This document shows positions 47,693 to 61,292 of a DNA stretch of 64,000 bases, one piece after another. Under the pieces are notes generated by a model. The model saw only the letters and a list, made by a program, of their open reading frames with translations. It searched no databases and was not told the origin of the DNA. A program made the translations under genes and the position numbers. How positions within the stretch are numbered: position 1 is the first letter of the stretch; each line of letters starts with the position of its first letter. Where the stretch lies: NCBI RefSeq assembly GCF_026571515.1, contig NW_026861602.1, forward strand, positions 248,001 through 312,000, given 5' to 3'. Origin of the DNA: Ruditapes philippinarum (taxonomy: Eukaryota).

Positions 47693-49941
47693 TTATGCTC
47701 CCCAAAGGGAGAGCATATACATGTAGTCGCCACCTTGTCCGTCCGTCCGTCCGTCCGTTGTCTTGTTCGACCCATAACTTAAAAAACCTTGGAGATTATT
47801 ATGCCCCCATTTCGAAGAAAAGGGGGTATATTGCTTTGCACTTGTCGGTCCGTCGGTCCGTTGGTCCGTCGGTCCGTAGACCAAATGGTTTCCGAGTGAT
47901 AACTAAAGAACCCTTAGGCCTAGGAACTTCAAACTTGGTATGGTGATTGGTCATGACCAGTAGATGACCCCTATTGATTTTGGGGTCAAGGGGTCAAAGG
48001 TCAAGGTCACATTGACCTTGTAAGCAAAAACGGTTTCCGATCAATAACTAAAGAACCTCAAGGCCTAGGAACTTCAAACTTGGTATGGTGATTGGTCATG
48101 ATCAGTAGATGACCCCTATTGATTTTGGGGTCAAGGGGTCAAAGGTCAAGGTCACATTGACCTTGTAAGCAAAAACGGTTTCCGATCAATAACTAAAGAA
48201 CCTTAAGGCCTAGGAACTTCAAACTTGGTATGGTGATTGGTCATGATCAGTAGATGACCCCTATTGATTTTGGGGTCAATGGGTCAAAGGTCAAGGTCAC
48301 ATTGACCTTGTAAGCAAAAACGGTTTCCGATCAATAACTAAAGAACCTAATAGCCTAGGAACTTCAAACTTGGTATGGTGATTGGTCATGATCAGTAGAT
48401 GATCCCTATTGATTTTGGGGTCAAGGGGTCAAAGGTCAAGGCTACATTGACCTTGTAAGCAATAAAGGTTTCCGATCAATAACTAAAGAAGTTTAAGGCC
48501 TAGGAACTTCAAACTTGGTATGGTGATTGGTCATGATCAGTAGATGACCCCTATTGATTTTGGGGTCAAGGGATCAAAGGTCAAGGTCACATTGACTTCT
48601 TGGGTAGAAACGGTTTCTGATCAATAACAAAAGAACCCTTAGGCCTAGGAACTTCAAACTTGGTATGGTGATTGGTCATGACCAGCAGATGACCCCTATT
48701 GATTTTGGGGTTAAGGGGTCAAAGGTCAAGGTCACATTGACTTTGTAGGTAAAAACGGTTTCTAATCAATAACGAAAGAACCCTTAGGCCTAAGGACTTC
48801 AAACTTGGTATGGTGATTGGTCATGGTCAGTAGATGACCCCTATTGATTTTGGGGTCAAGGGGTCAAAGGTCAAGGTCACATTGACCTCTTAGGTAAAAA
48901 CGGTTTCTGATTAATAACTAAAGAACCCTTAGGCCTAGGAACTTCAAACTTGGTATGGTGATTTGTCATGACCAGTAGATGACCCCTATTGATATTGGGG
49001 TTAAAGGGGCAAAGGGCAAGGTCACATTGATCTTTTAGGTAAAAATTCTTTCAAATCAATAACTTTAGAACCCTTTGGCCTAGGAACTTCAAACATGGTA
49101 TGGTGATTGGTCATGACCAGCAGATAACCTATTGATTTTGGGGTCAAGGGGTCAAAGGTCAAGGTCACATTGACCTTGTATGTTAAAACGGTTTCCGATC
49201 ATTTAACTAAAAACACTTAGGCCTAGGAACTTCAAACTTTGTATGATGATTGGTCGTGACCAGCAGATGACCCCTATTGAGTTTTGGGTCAAGGGGTCAA
49301 AGGTTAAGGTCATGACCAGTAGATACTTGATAACCCTTATTAATTGTATGATCACCTGGTCAGAAGTCATGCATAATAACCTTATCACATGACTAATTGG
49401 CTGCTGATAGGGGGCATACATGTTCTACAAACATATCTTGTTTGTTTAAACTTCATACAGTGGTAGAGGGCATTGAGGGGGAGTGCAGTGTCAAAGAACC
49501 ATAACTCTATTTTGCCCAATTTTTTAATTATCTCCCCTTTAAAAAAATCTTGTCCGTGAAATAACTCTAAAACTACAAGAGATATCAACATGAAACTTTG
49601 TAGGAAGATAGATCCCAATGGGTAGATCTGCAGTGCACAAGAACTTGCACTCTGCCTTGCCAAATTTTGTAGTTATTGCCCTTTGTTCATTTTTACATTT
49701 TGAACTTTGTCCGGGACATAACTCGGAAACCATAAGAGGTATCAACAAGAAACTTTGTAGGTTGATAGATTGCATTGATTAGAAGTGCAGTGCAAAGAAT
49801 AGTAACTCTGCCTTGCCTAATTTTGAAATTATTGCACTTTGAACTTTTTCCAGGGACATAACTCTGAAACTACAAGAGGTGTACTTTCCTGTGTCCAAAA
49901 CCTATTCGGGGAGCATCACCCGGCTTAAACCAGGCTCTTGT
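47693..49941 (+). mobile_element. ATGCTCCCC-family HINE carrying a nested second HINE
   Basis: 47693-47797 and 49442-49941 align colinearly with the uninterrupted copy at 30059-30671. Confidence 0.88.
47798..49441 (+). mobile_element. nested HINE (ATGCCCCC family) with about 10 x 145 bp core repeats
   Basis: ATGCCCCC...GGGGGCAT, (GTCG/GTCC)n, aaacttggta at 47931/48076/48221, 3' hairpin atgtt...aacat, then cttgt. Confidence 0.88.
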
Positions 49942-50147
49942 TGTGGATTGTAAATATCTAACATTAGCTATTATAGATTTAGCCACTTTGTTTGCAGCCT
50001 TGGCAAAATTTCAACTACATGTATTTGAAATGCTCGATTTTTTTATTTTTTTAAGGATCTGGGGGCGTGCTGCTTTAAAAGTCATGATAAAAATCATTGT
50101 TTTGAAAGGATATCATTGTTTCCAGTTTAATTATCATTTGACAACAT

Positions 50148-50610
50148 CTAACCAATGAAAAATACCCTTTGTTTATCACGTGACCACAAGCAAACCAATG
50201 AGAAATCCTCTTTATTTAACATGTGACCACAAACAAACCAATGAGAAATCACTTTTATTTATCATGTGACCACAAGCAAACCAATGAAAAAATCCTCTTT
50301 ATTTATCATGTGACCACAAGCAAACCAGTGAGAAATCCTCTTTTATTTATTATGTGACCACAAGATAGCCATTGCGAAATCCTCTTTTATTTATCATGTG
50401 ACCATAAGCAAACCAATGAGAAATCCTCTTTATTTATCATGTGACCACAAGCAAACCAATGAAAAAATCCTCTTTATTTATCATGTGACCACAAGCAAAC
50501 CAGTGTTTTTATCATGTGACCACAGGATAACCAATGAGAAATCCTCTTAGTGTATCATGTGACCAACAGCCTCTTTAGTTTTGTGTATCATGTGACCACA
50601 AACAAACCAG
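50148..50610. repeat. 43 bp minisatellite, about 10 copies
   Basis: aaaccaatgagaaatcctctttatttatcatgtgaccacaagc. Confidence 0.9.
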
Positions 50611-51131
50611 TTATGCTCCAGTGTTTATCTTATGATACTATTAAGAATATTAAAACCTATCTGTTATATTTTTTTTCTACTTTTGAAATCCATTTTTTGC
50701 TGATATTTGTATAAGATGATATATGCGAATTTATTACACGTTTTTCTTAATAAATCATGTATAGCTTTTTACACATCCTCATTCGAAGATGACTTTTACT
50801 TGTTTTATTAGTGTTATTTTTTAATTCTGTTATATTTGATATCATTGCGAAGTTTGACATGTTGTAAATAGCTGTAGGAGTATAATTATCAAGCCCTTAA
50901 TGGCAGCCAATGAATATTTTGTGAACATTAGATATAGAAATTGTTTTTGTTTCATGAACAAATTTATACATTTTTTCTTTATTAGGCTTTTTGAGCATAC
51001 ATGTGCAATATGAGTGTTGGTTTTTGCTAGAAATTTAAAGACCGGTATTGTTAATGGTATAGTGGTATATTTTTAGATAAAGTACTCCCATATTTGTTGT
51101 CAAGCATTATTAAGAGTATGTTTCGTTTTTT

Positions 51132-52742
51132 AGCTCACCTGTCACAAAGTGACAGGGTGAGCTTTTGTGATCGCTTTTCGTCCGGCGTCCGTCTGTCCGT
51201 CGTCCGTCCGTCGTCCGTCCGTCGTCCGTCCGTCCGTCCGTAAACTTTTGCTTTAAATGACATCTCCTCATAAACCACTGAGCCAATTTCATCCAAACTT
51301 CACAGGAATGTTCCTTTGGTGGTCACCTTTAAAAATTGTTCAAAGAATTTAATTCCATGCAGAACTCTGGTTGCCATAGCAACCGAAAGAAGAATCTTTA
51401 AATATCTTCTTTTAAACAACCCTAAGAGCTAGAGCTTAGATATATGGCATAAAACATCTTCTAGTGAGTGTCTACCAAGTTTGTTCAAATAAAAGCCCTG
51501 GGGTCAAAATTGGCCCCGCCCCAGGGGGTCATTGATTTTCCCTATATGCATATAGTAAAAACTTAAAAAATCTTTTTTTAAAGAACCCAAAGAGCTAGAG
51601 CTAAGATATTTGGCATGAAACATCTTCTAGTGAGTGTCTACCAAGTTTGTTGAAATAAAAGCCCTGGGGTCAAAATTGGCACCGCCCCGGGGGGTCATTG
51701 ATTTTCCCTATATGCATATAGTAAAAACTTATAAAATCTTCTTTTCAAGAACCCAAAGAGCTAGAGCTAAGATATTAAGCATGAAACATCTTCTAATGAG
51801 TGTCTACCAAGTTTGTTCAAATTAAAGCCCTGGGGTCAAAATTGGCCCCGCCCCGGGGGGTCATTGATTTTCCCTATATGCATAGAGTAAAAACTTAAAA
51901 AATCTTCTTTTAAAGAACCATAAGAGCTAGAGCTTAGATATTTGGCATGAAACGTCTTCTAGTGAATGTCTACCAAGTTTGTTCAAATAAAAGCCCCGGG
52001 GTCAAAATTGACCCCGCCCCAGGGGGTCATAGATTTCCCCTATATGCATATAGTAAAAATTTAAAAAATCTTCTTTTAAAGAACCCAAAGAGCTAAAGCT
52101 AAGATATTTAGCATGAAACATCTTCTAATGAGTGTCTACCAAGTTTGGTCAAATAAAAGCCCTGGGGTCAAAATTGGCCCCGCCCCAGGGGGTCATTGAT
52201 TTTCCCTATATGCATATAGTAAAAACTTAAAAAAATCTTCTTTTAAAGAACTCAAAGAGCTAGAGCTAAGATATTTAGCATGAAACATGTTCTAATGGGT
52301 GTCTACCAAGAATGTTCAAATAAAAGCCCTGGGGTCAAAACTGGCCCCGCCCGGGGGGGGGTCATTGATTTTCCTTATATGTGTATAGCAAAAACTTAAA
52401 AATCTTCTTTGAAAAAAACCAAATAGCTAGAGTTTAGATATTAAGCATGAAACATCTTTAAGTAAATATCTACAAAGTTTGTTCAAATATAGCCCAGGGG
52501 TCAAAACTGGCTCTGCCCCAGGGGTGTCATTGTTTTTAACTATATGTGTATAGTAAAAACTTTAAAAATCTTCTTTTAAAAAACCCAATGAGCTAGAACT
52601 TAGCATGAAACATCTTCTTATGGGTGTCTACCAAGTCTGTTCAAATAAACAAATAAAAGCCCTTGGGAAAAAAATTGGCCCGGGGTTGGGGGGGGGGCCT
52701 ATATACAGGTGAGCGACCTCAGGGCCATCATGGCCCTCTTGT
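51132..52742 (+). mobile_element. HINE (AGCTCACCTG family) with 166 bp satellite core (Cg170/BIV160-like length)
   Basis: Same subterminal IR and 3' palindrome as 6691-8200; (GTCC)n; about 8 units (gggtcaaaat at 51501, 51667). Confidence 0.88.
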
Positions 52743-52964
52743 TATTTCTTCTGTAAGGTAATCTCGGCTTTCTTGATTTAAATGTGATATCCTGGCAACA
52801 GTGTGCTGATTTCATTACCTCTCCTTGCAATAATGATTACATGTCACAATAATTTTTCACGTAATGTTAAAAAAATACCCATTTTCTGGCGAATTTCTAT
52901 GAAATAGTGACCTCAGGTTGATAAAACATTAAGCTTCCTATCATAAAGTCCCTAAAATGTGATT

Positions 52965-53803
52965 CTAGTTACCTCCCCTAGAATTAAACATGCTGTCTTC
53001 ATATCTGAAGTGAAGTTTTTCCTCCCTTGGATTTAAACATACTGTCTTCATATCTGAAGTGAAGTGTTACCTCCCTTGGAATTAAACACATTGTTTTCAT
53101 ATCTGGAGTGAATTGTAACCTCCCTTGGAATTAAACATACTGTCTTCATATCTGAAATGAATTGTTACGTCCCTTGGAATTAGACTTACTGTCTCCATAT
53201 CTGAAGTGAAGTGTTACCACCCTTGGAATTAAACACACTGTCTTCATATCTGGAGTGAATTGTTACCTCCCTTGGAATTAAACACACTGTCTTCATATCT
53301 GAATGAATTGTTACCTCCCTTGGAATTAAACATACTGTCTTCATATCTGAAAATGAATTGTTACCTCCCTTGGAATTAAACACACTGTCTTCATATTTGA
53401 AGTGAAGTGTTACCTCCCTTGGAATTAAACACACTGTCTTCATATCTTGAGTGAATTGTTACCTCCCTTGGTATTAAACACACTGTCTCCATATCTGAAA
53501 ATGAATTGTTACCTCCCTTGGAATTAAACATACTGTCTTCATATCTGAAATGAATTGTTACCTCCCTTGGAATTAAACACACTGTCTTCATATCTGAAAT
53601 GAAGTGTTACCTCTCTTGGAATTTCAACACATTGTCTTCATATCTAAAGTGAAGTGTTATCTCCCTTTGAATTAAACACACTGTCTCCATATCTGAATTG
53701 AAGTGTTACCTCCCTTGGAATTACAACACATTGTCTTCATATCTGAAGTGAAGTGTTACCTCCATTTGAATTTAACACACTGTCTCCATATCTGAAGTGA
53801 AGT
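52965..53803. repeat. 49-50 bp minisatellite, about 17 copies
   Basis: tacctcccttggaattaaacacactgtcttcatatctgaagtgaagtgt. Confidence 0.93.
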
Positions 53804-54471
53804 TTAAACCCTTAACCTGCTGAATTTTCGTAAAGTATTTGCCCGAGTTTGAATTCAACCTTTTTAAATGTGATAATCTCTTAAATTAACAATTTGATAT
53901 AGGCAACACTTTCTATCAGCCTTTATTAAGCATTTTTAATTAATTTGTTGACATATCAGACAATTTAGTGAAGGAAGAGTGTTGTTAGGGTAGAGCATTT
54001 GACTCCTTAAATCTGGAGGTGGTTGGTTCGAAACCCTCTGGTGGTGTGATTCTCTTTCAAAATTCCTCAACCCATTTACTTTAGCCATTACTGATTGTGA
54101 CACCCAGAATGCTGTCTCCTTTGGTGTTCCTTAAAACACATGTCTAAGTCCATAAAGGTGTTTGACATGAAAGAAAAAAATCAAAACACAGAAGCAATGA
54201 TTATTTGCCTGCCAATATACTGCCAATTCTGACACAGGTTGTATATGTGTTTAAATACTAGAAACTTTACAATATGTGATATACACTAGAGGCATTAACA
54301 ACTTTTTATTCCAAATATTAATTACATTACTAACATTATTATTCAACTGTTATGAATTATGAAAAAACATAATTGCATTTGATTATTTAATTTGTGCAAA
54401 GTTTTAAACAGAGAAGAATGATATCTAGAAAGATCTCACTTTCTTTAAAACCAATATCATGCAAAACCTTT

Positions 54472-54708
54472 TGAGCTGCGTCACGACAAAACCAACATAA
54501 TGGGTTTGCGAACAGCATGGATCTAGATCAGCCTGCGCATCCGCGCAGTCTGATCAGGATCCATGCTGTTTGCTATCAGTTTCTCTACTTGTTATAGGGT
54601 TTGTAAGCAAACAGTATGGATCCTGATCAGACTGCGCGGATGCACAGGCTGGTCCGGATCCATGCTGGTCGCAAACCCATTATGTTGGTTTTGTCGCGAC
54701 GTGGCTCA
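54472..54708 (+). mobile_element. palindromic MITE (TGAGCC family), copy 4
   Basis: Full length; TTT on both flanks. Confidence 0.92.
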
Positions 54709-55999
54709 TTTACTTTACATAATATAATCACATAATATGTTTCTAATGAAAATAATTAGCTTTTCGATGGAGCAGTGCAAAATGGATATAACTTATTCAT
54801 TATGTAATATGAGTTACAGCTGTTTTACACCAAACCCTCATTTTGCCACCTGTAAAGAGCCAGGCAGGCTGGCACATCAGTGCAATCTGACCAAGCTTGA
54901 TTTATTGGGTGACCAACTTTGAAGTTTTATCTTGATATATATACCCCTGAAATTGATTATGAACAGTTCCAAAAATGGATGCTGGACAAGTCCATTTAAG
55001 AAATTCAGGAGGAAAAGCATTGTATTATTTATTTTGTTAGAAATGCTTTTATTGTTAGAAATATATTGTAAAGTTTATATTACTTTTTATACAAATACCT
55101 TTCAGAAATTTGTTTTTAACTTTTGGCCTAACAATAAATGGGCTAACATATGTGCATATCTAAAATATTTTGTCAAAGTTTGCATAGATTATGTATGTTT
55201 GAGGGAATAGATGTGTAAGACAATGTACAATTTAGGTTTCTCATTTTCATTATTGTTAAGGTCATTACTCAGTTTTGAGACATAGTTTTGTTATTTAATA
55301 ACTTGTTAAAAATGCTCTTTTTTCAGATAACTTAAAAGAATGCACACATACTAAAGTAAAGATCTTTAGCTCATGATCTTATTAAAATATAGAAGTTATA
55401 TAAATGTTTGCTGTTTAATTATGCAAAAACTGTCAAAATATATTAAAAAAAAATTACCCCATAGAGAGTCACAGCAACTGTTGAGTGAAATGAATTACAA
55501 TTCTTTTTCCTAGGTCATCAAATGAATTTTCAGCAAACTTGGCATTTTTGCTGTATTTCAGAATCACTTCATTGTTGGGTGGCCCTTTTCAGGGACCCTC
55601 AAAGCTAATAATAGGAAAACAATGCATCTCATCAGTTATTGACTCATTTTATTAAACAACCTAAATTATACTGGTTTATTTACAAGTTTATTCTGAAAAA
55701 CAACTGAAAATAAAAGCTTGACATGGTGTAAAGCACATAAGACTTCTTGGCAAAATTTACTATAAAATTAAAAAAAATGTACATGTATAATCACGTTGTT
55801 TTCATATGTATTGTCATAACTTAAGACATTTAGATATTAAATGATGATTTTGTACATGGGCTGCCAGTTTTAACTGGATTTTGCAAACATCATTCTTTCA
55901 ATTTAAGAACATGGGTATGATTTTTTATATTTTATAAGGACACACATATATTTTCTGCTGATTACCTGTAGCCATATATAGCAAAATTATACCTTTTAA

Positions 56000-56198
56000 C
56001 CCTTATCACACTTAATGTTTTAAAATGGACTAGGCCATCTTTCAATTTAGACAAAACCATTCATCACTTTTAGCATGAAGACCCGGGCTTTTAGATAAGA
56101 TTTCAGAATATGTGCCGACTGAATAGCGGAAAGTGCCGACCATGATCAGATATTGGTCCGCACTGGTCACATGGGTAGATGATGTGGCAGGTCAAGGG
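56000..56198. mobile_element. TTAA/CCC-type MITE copy
   Basis: TTAA|CCCTT...AAGGG|TTAA. Confidence 0.7.
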
Positions 56199-56272
56199 TT
56201 AACGTCTTCTGATATATTGATAGATTTATCTTCACAAAACTTGGTAGATAGATTCATGTGATGTGAGATTGA

Positions 56273-56390
56273 TAGGGAGCTAAAGAAAAAAAATGAGCCT
56301 AAAGAATTCTAATCACCCAACATGGCATGTTTAGGGAGCTAAAGAAAAAAAATGAGTCTAAAGAATTCTAATCACCCAACATGGCATGTT
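56273..56390. repeat. tandem duplication of about 59 bp
   Basis: tagggagctaaagaaaaaaaatgag...catggcatgtt twice. Confidence 0.85.
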
Positions 56391-56971
56391 TTACCTATAA
56401 TGGCTTTTTTTCTCAAGTATGGGCTCAAATAACCTTAAAAGAAGCTGTTGGTAGATATTTCTAACATTTAAAGTTATTTATTGGATGATTTAAACTTTTT
56501 AAGTATGTTTTGTAAATTTAGGAATTAAGTAAACCTAACTGCTGCCAAATTTTGAAACATTTCAAAATGCATTTAAAAAGAAAAGAAATTGAGTTAAGTT
56601 TTAGCCAGGAATACTCATTACATGTTATACATGCTGATTAAATATAACCATCTCATGTTTCTAGTTGTTAACATTTTAAAATGATATCATTGTTTTTAAT
56701 TATATATCTTGTTGTATTTTAGAAGTTTTGTGTACTTTTGTAATTAAGCATTCCAGTCTGTTAAACGTTTTGCTACATTTTATCTTTCTGTATATACACA
56801 AATATGGATGTTTTAAATCCGATTTTGTCTCATTTTCAATGTTATGCCATTAATTGTACATGTTTTCCCCTTGTATTTTTAAGTAAAATATTAAATACTA
56901 TATTTCTTGCTATAACTATTTGTTTTTTAATGACACCAATCTGATGTATTTGAGATATTTTACTGTTTCAA

Positions 56972-58170
56972 ACCCACTCCACTCTACTCTCGCTACCCTA
57001 TCCTACCCTACCCTCTACTCCACTACTCCATTTCATTCCACTTCCACTCCAACTCACACTCGTACTCTGCTCTGTTCACCTCTGCTTTGTTCTGTTCTGC
57101 ATTGCTCTGTTTACCTCTGCTCTGCTTTGTTCACCTCTGCACTGCTCTGTTCACCCCTGCTCTGCTCTGTTCACCTCTGCTCTGCTCTGTTCACCTCTGC
57201 TCTGCTTTGTTCTGCTCTGTTCATCTCTGCTCTGCTCTGTTCACCTCTGCTGTGCTTTGTTCACCTCTGTTGTGCTCTGTTCACCTTTGCTCTGCTCTGT
57301 TTACCTCTGCTCTGCTCTGTTCACCTCTGCTTTGTTCACCTCTGCTGTGCTCTGTTCACCTCTGCTCTGCTCTTTTCACCCCTGTTCTGCTCTGTTCACC
57401 TCTGCTCAACTCTGCTCTGTTCACCTCTGCTGTGCTCTGTTCACCCCTGTTCTGCTCTGTTTATCTCTGCTCTGCTCTGTTCACCTCTGCTTTGTTCACC
57501 TCTGCTCTGCTCTGCTTTGTTCACCTCTGCTCTGTTCTGCTTTGTTCACCTCTGCTCTGTTCTGTTCACCTCTGCTCTGCTCTGCTCTGTTCACCTCTGC
57601 TCTGCTCTGCTTTGTTATCCTCTGCTCTGCTCTGCTTTGTTCACCTCTGCTCTGCTATGCTTTGTTCACCTCTGCTCTGCTCTGTTCGCCTCTGCTCTGC
57701 TCTGCTCTGTTCACCTCTGCTCTGCTCTGCTTTGTTCACCTCTGCTCTGCTATACTTTGTTCACCTCTGCTCTGTTCTGCTTTGTTCACCTCTGCTCTGC
57801 TCTACTCGGCTCTCCTTCATTTGAATTATTCTACTTAATTGCATCTACTGTACTTCATTTTAAAACATATATAACACCATTTACCCTACTCCAACTATAT
57901 TCTATTCACACCTACACTACTGCATCAACTTAATTATTTCCTATTCCACTACATCTTATCTATTTTACACGGTCTACTCTACACTACACAAGCTAATCTT
58001 CTCCATTTTACTCTATTGCATAGACTCTTCTCCATCTTCTCTACAATTTACTCCATTAACTCTACCCCAGATTCTGTACTCCAGCTACTTTATTCTACTT
58101 TTATTTCATTTTCTTTTCCTTGTTGTTTTTTTTCACACTACAGGGTCCTTATTCTGCTCTATTTTGTCGT
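56972..58170. repeat. pentameric pyrimidine-rich microsatellite (CTCTG)n/TTCAC with degenerate CTCTA flanks
   Basis: Core 57064-57802; accounts for three stop-free C/S/A/L-rich ORFs. Confidence 0.95.
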
Positions 58171-60240
58171 ATTCTCTCGTGCATCCATATCTAATTGAAG
58201 CACACTACAACCGTTGTTGTAAAGAAGCCATTCTGCAAGGTTTTGATAGAAAAGAAAAACCAATTTTGTAAATGTGCTCGGTGCTATATTGTATCAATAT
58301 GGTCTCCCAAACGTGCATTGCCTGTCTTGGTTCTAAAAAATGTAAAGAAATTGTTATACTCAATTTGCTACGGAAGGCTTGGTAACAGTTAATCTGTTTT
58401 TGATGTTCACTCCGTATCTCTCGTGTTGCTGACTGTAAGGAAGCGTCTTCATGCAGTACCCATAATTCTAAGTGGAAATTTTTGGCGGGAAATGTAGTGA
58501 TGACATCATCAACTTTACTTTTCAATGGAACATTGAGACAATTCAACTTTTGAGAAAAAAAAGAGATGAAATGGAAATGTTAAAAGACCACCAAACACGG
58601 CAGGATTTGAAAATGAGCTAGACTCAGTTTGATAATGCAATTTGCACATTTTTACCCCCCCCCCCAGCACCGGCTGAAGTAGGATTCAACATTAAAGTGT
58701 ACAAATGAAAATCATCAAAATAAAGCAAGCTATTTCAAAACTAATCGGCATAACTTTTATAAATGTCGCAGTGTTTTACTTTGATAAGGTTCTGCCAAGT
58801 TAATCCGCAGTAATTTTTGGTCTTAAACTTTTATATTGAGTTAATGAAATTCCGATTCAATTTGAATAACTTATAGATCTACAACGATAGTTATTTTTTT
58901 TAAATAAAACTTAATGAAAGATGGAGAACAAAATAAACGCTCAAGTAAAAGTGGTCAGGTATAAACTTTGACATGGAAAAACAATACAATCGCCTATCAA
59001 TAGCTTTACACAGTCGTATCGTGTTCCAGCTCAAATGTCAAACTACTCTTACAAACTGCTCTCTACAGCTCGGGTTGTTTATGTCTTTTACTTCAGATAC
59101 GCCGAATACATGAATAATCAATGTGATTGATTTTGTTTGTTTTCTGATTACGTGTATTGAACCTTACTTTCAAAAGCGTCAAAGTATGTTTAAAAGATTT
59201 AAAACATTCGTTTGTTTAGGAATACATAAATGTTCGAAACCAGCGAACGAGTTAGTTAAGATGTTAAATTTTGCCAAGTGTTTTGAACTGATTTGCATAA
59301 ACAAATATGTTTCTTTTACGGTTTTTATTAAAATATTTATGAAGTACTCAAGAAACAGTGTGAAAGTTTGCATATTTGTTTAAAAGAGCGTGAAATCGTT
59401 TATTGTTTCTTTTAAATGGGAATACATTAATTAGCAAAAGAACAAAAAATGAATTTTCTTCACATGTTAGCAAATATAGACGCTTATCATGCGAGCCTCG
59501 TTGCAGCAAGGACTTCAGAGAAAACAAAATCTACTACGACAAGTGTTAGATTTGTCGATTCTCGACATGACGGTATGTCTTAGTTTACATTGTAAAAACA
59601 TATTTTAATTAAACATAATATGTTATAGATGTTTGTTAACCATGACAATTCTTCATCAATATATCAAAATAGCTGACCATTCGCCTTTCTATAATAAAAC
59701 TCGAAATGTTTCCTTAGAAACACGGATGAACCCACCTTTCCAATATTTTGTCAGTCTCCGGTAGGGGAGGGGAGGAGTTCGTGACAACCCGGCAAATCTA
59801 AACCGACCTCCCCTTAGTAGTTTGGGCATGGGATGGGGCACAAAAACTTATGAGAAAAAAAAACATAATGTACACATACAAATTTAACAATGTGTGTAAA
59901 AGATGACAAATTCATGAAGTTCCCAAGACTCATACATTCATTCTATTAGGAGAAAATGCGTTTAAATAGCTTATGAATCCAATACGATTCTTTTAATATA
60001 TAGTCCATACTATCAGGCACTCTCTTTCTAGGCAATGAATTATAAAAAAAAATGATGGAAAATGTTTGACATAATTTTATTATTGTCAACAACTCAATGT
60101 TACCAAGATTTGCACGTGAAAGTACATGTATAATATTCGTTGGCAAGATTATTGATTTCCTTTTTTAGCACGATTTGCACGTGCAATAACATTTTAGCAG
60201 GTCCTTAAAATACATGTGGTTTTGTATACTGGTTGTAAAC

Positions 60241-61292
60241 ATGGCTGAGTTGCATTGTAATTTGAGAGAGAGCTTATTGCAAAATTCGTGATTTATTAGG
60301 TAAATGCACTTCAGAAATAAAATGGATCTAGATTTAGTTTAAGGAGAAAATGCCCTTCCATATCGTAGATGTCATGTGGATGTCAATGTTCAAGGAAGGT
60401 AGAACTAATGTTGACGATGATCCCCGCCCTGGGCAGCTAATTTCTGCTTCCACTGAAAAAGACATCAGCACTGTGAAAGCCATAGTGGATGAAGGTGTAA
60501 GATATACTGTGGAGGAGATAAGTGACATATCAGGCCTTAGTGCGTCATATGTGTTTTCATTCTTGAAAGAAAAGTTCATTAAGGAATTGTGCGTCGCTTG
60601 GATAACTTGTATACAACTTCTGACCAGCGGGTTGAAAAAACAATTATGCCTTATTGACTAGGTTTAAAAATCGAGACCCTAGACGCCTGATAGAGATTGC
60701 CACAGCGGATGAAACATTGCTTTATTTTTTAAGTCCAAAAATAGTCAGTAACAAAATGTGGGTAGGTGAAAACAGCGATCGCCCACTTGTGCTCGACGTA
60801 GCAGGAGCGTTAAAAGAGTTATGTATTCTCTATTTTTGACAACGGTGGAATACTAGTAGTGGCCCATGTCGCTGTGCCGGAGAGGGGTAGTTTCACTGAA
60901 ACATTTTACCGTGACCATGTTCTCACTGCTGTAATTAATCACTACATTACAAATAACCCAAGATCCGGAGTGCGCAGGATCAAATCACTCCATGATATTG
61001 CACCTCGCACCGGGCAGCCTTGGTTCAAGCTTATTAAGAGGAGCAGAGGTTTTGCTACATCCCGCTTATAGCCCTGACCTCCCTCCTTGTGACCTTTGGT
61101 TATATCCATACATCAAATCTTGTCTTTCACGGTCAATTGTTCGAAACCCACAGTGCCTTCGGAAGCGCTCTCTACCAGTGTATAAAAACTATACCCAAAG
61201 AACAGTTCAAAAATGCTTTTTTTAATGGATTAATTATGAGGCTGGAAAAGCGTGTAGTGGTCCATAGTGAATATTTTGATGGACTCTACTAA
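60241..61292 (+). pseudogene. mariner (DD34D-type) transposase pseudogene
   Basis: Fragments in several frames: W..FKEGRTNVDDDPRPG (HTH linker), TADETLLYF, HDIAP, HPAYSPDLPPCDLWLYP, RLEKRVVVHSEYF; multiple frameshifts. Confidence 0.92.

Noticed and set aside
56920-57933. Three overlapping Cys/Leu/Ser-rich ORFs
   Set aside because: Translations of a (CTCTG)n microsatellite that cannot form stop codons.
60241-61292. Active or domesticated (SETMAR-like) transposase
   Set aside because: Several frameshifts, no SET domain, and no left TIR found.
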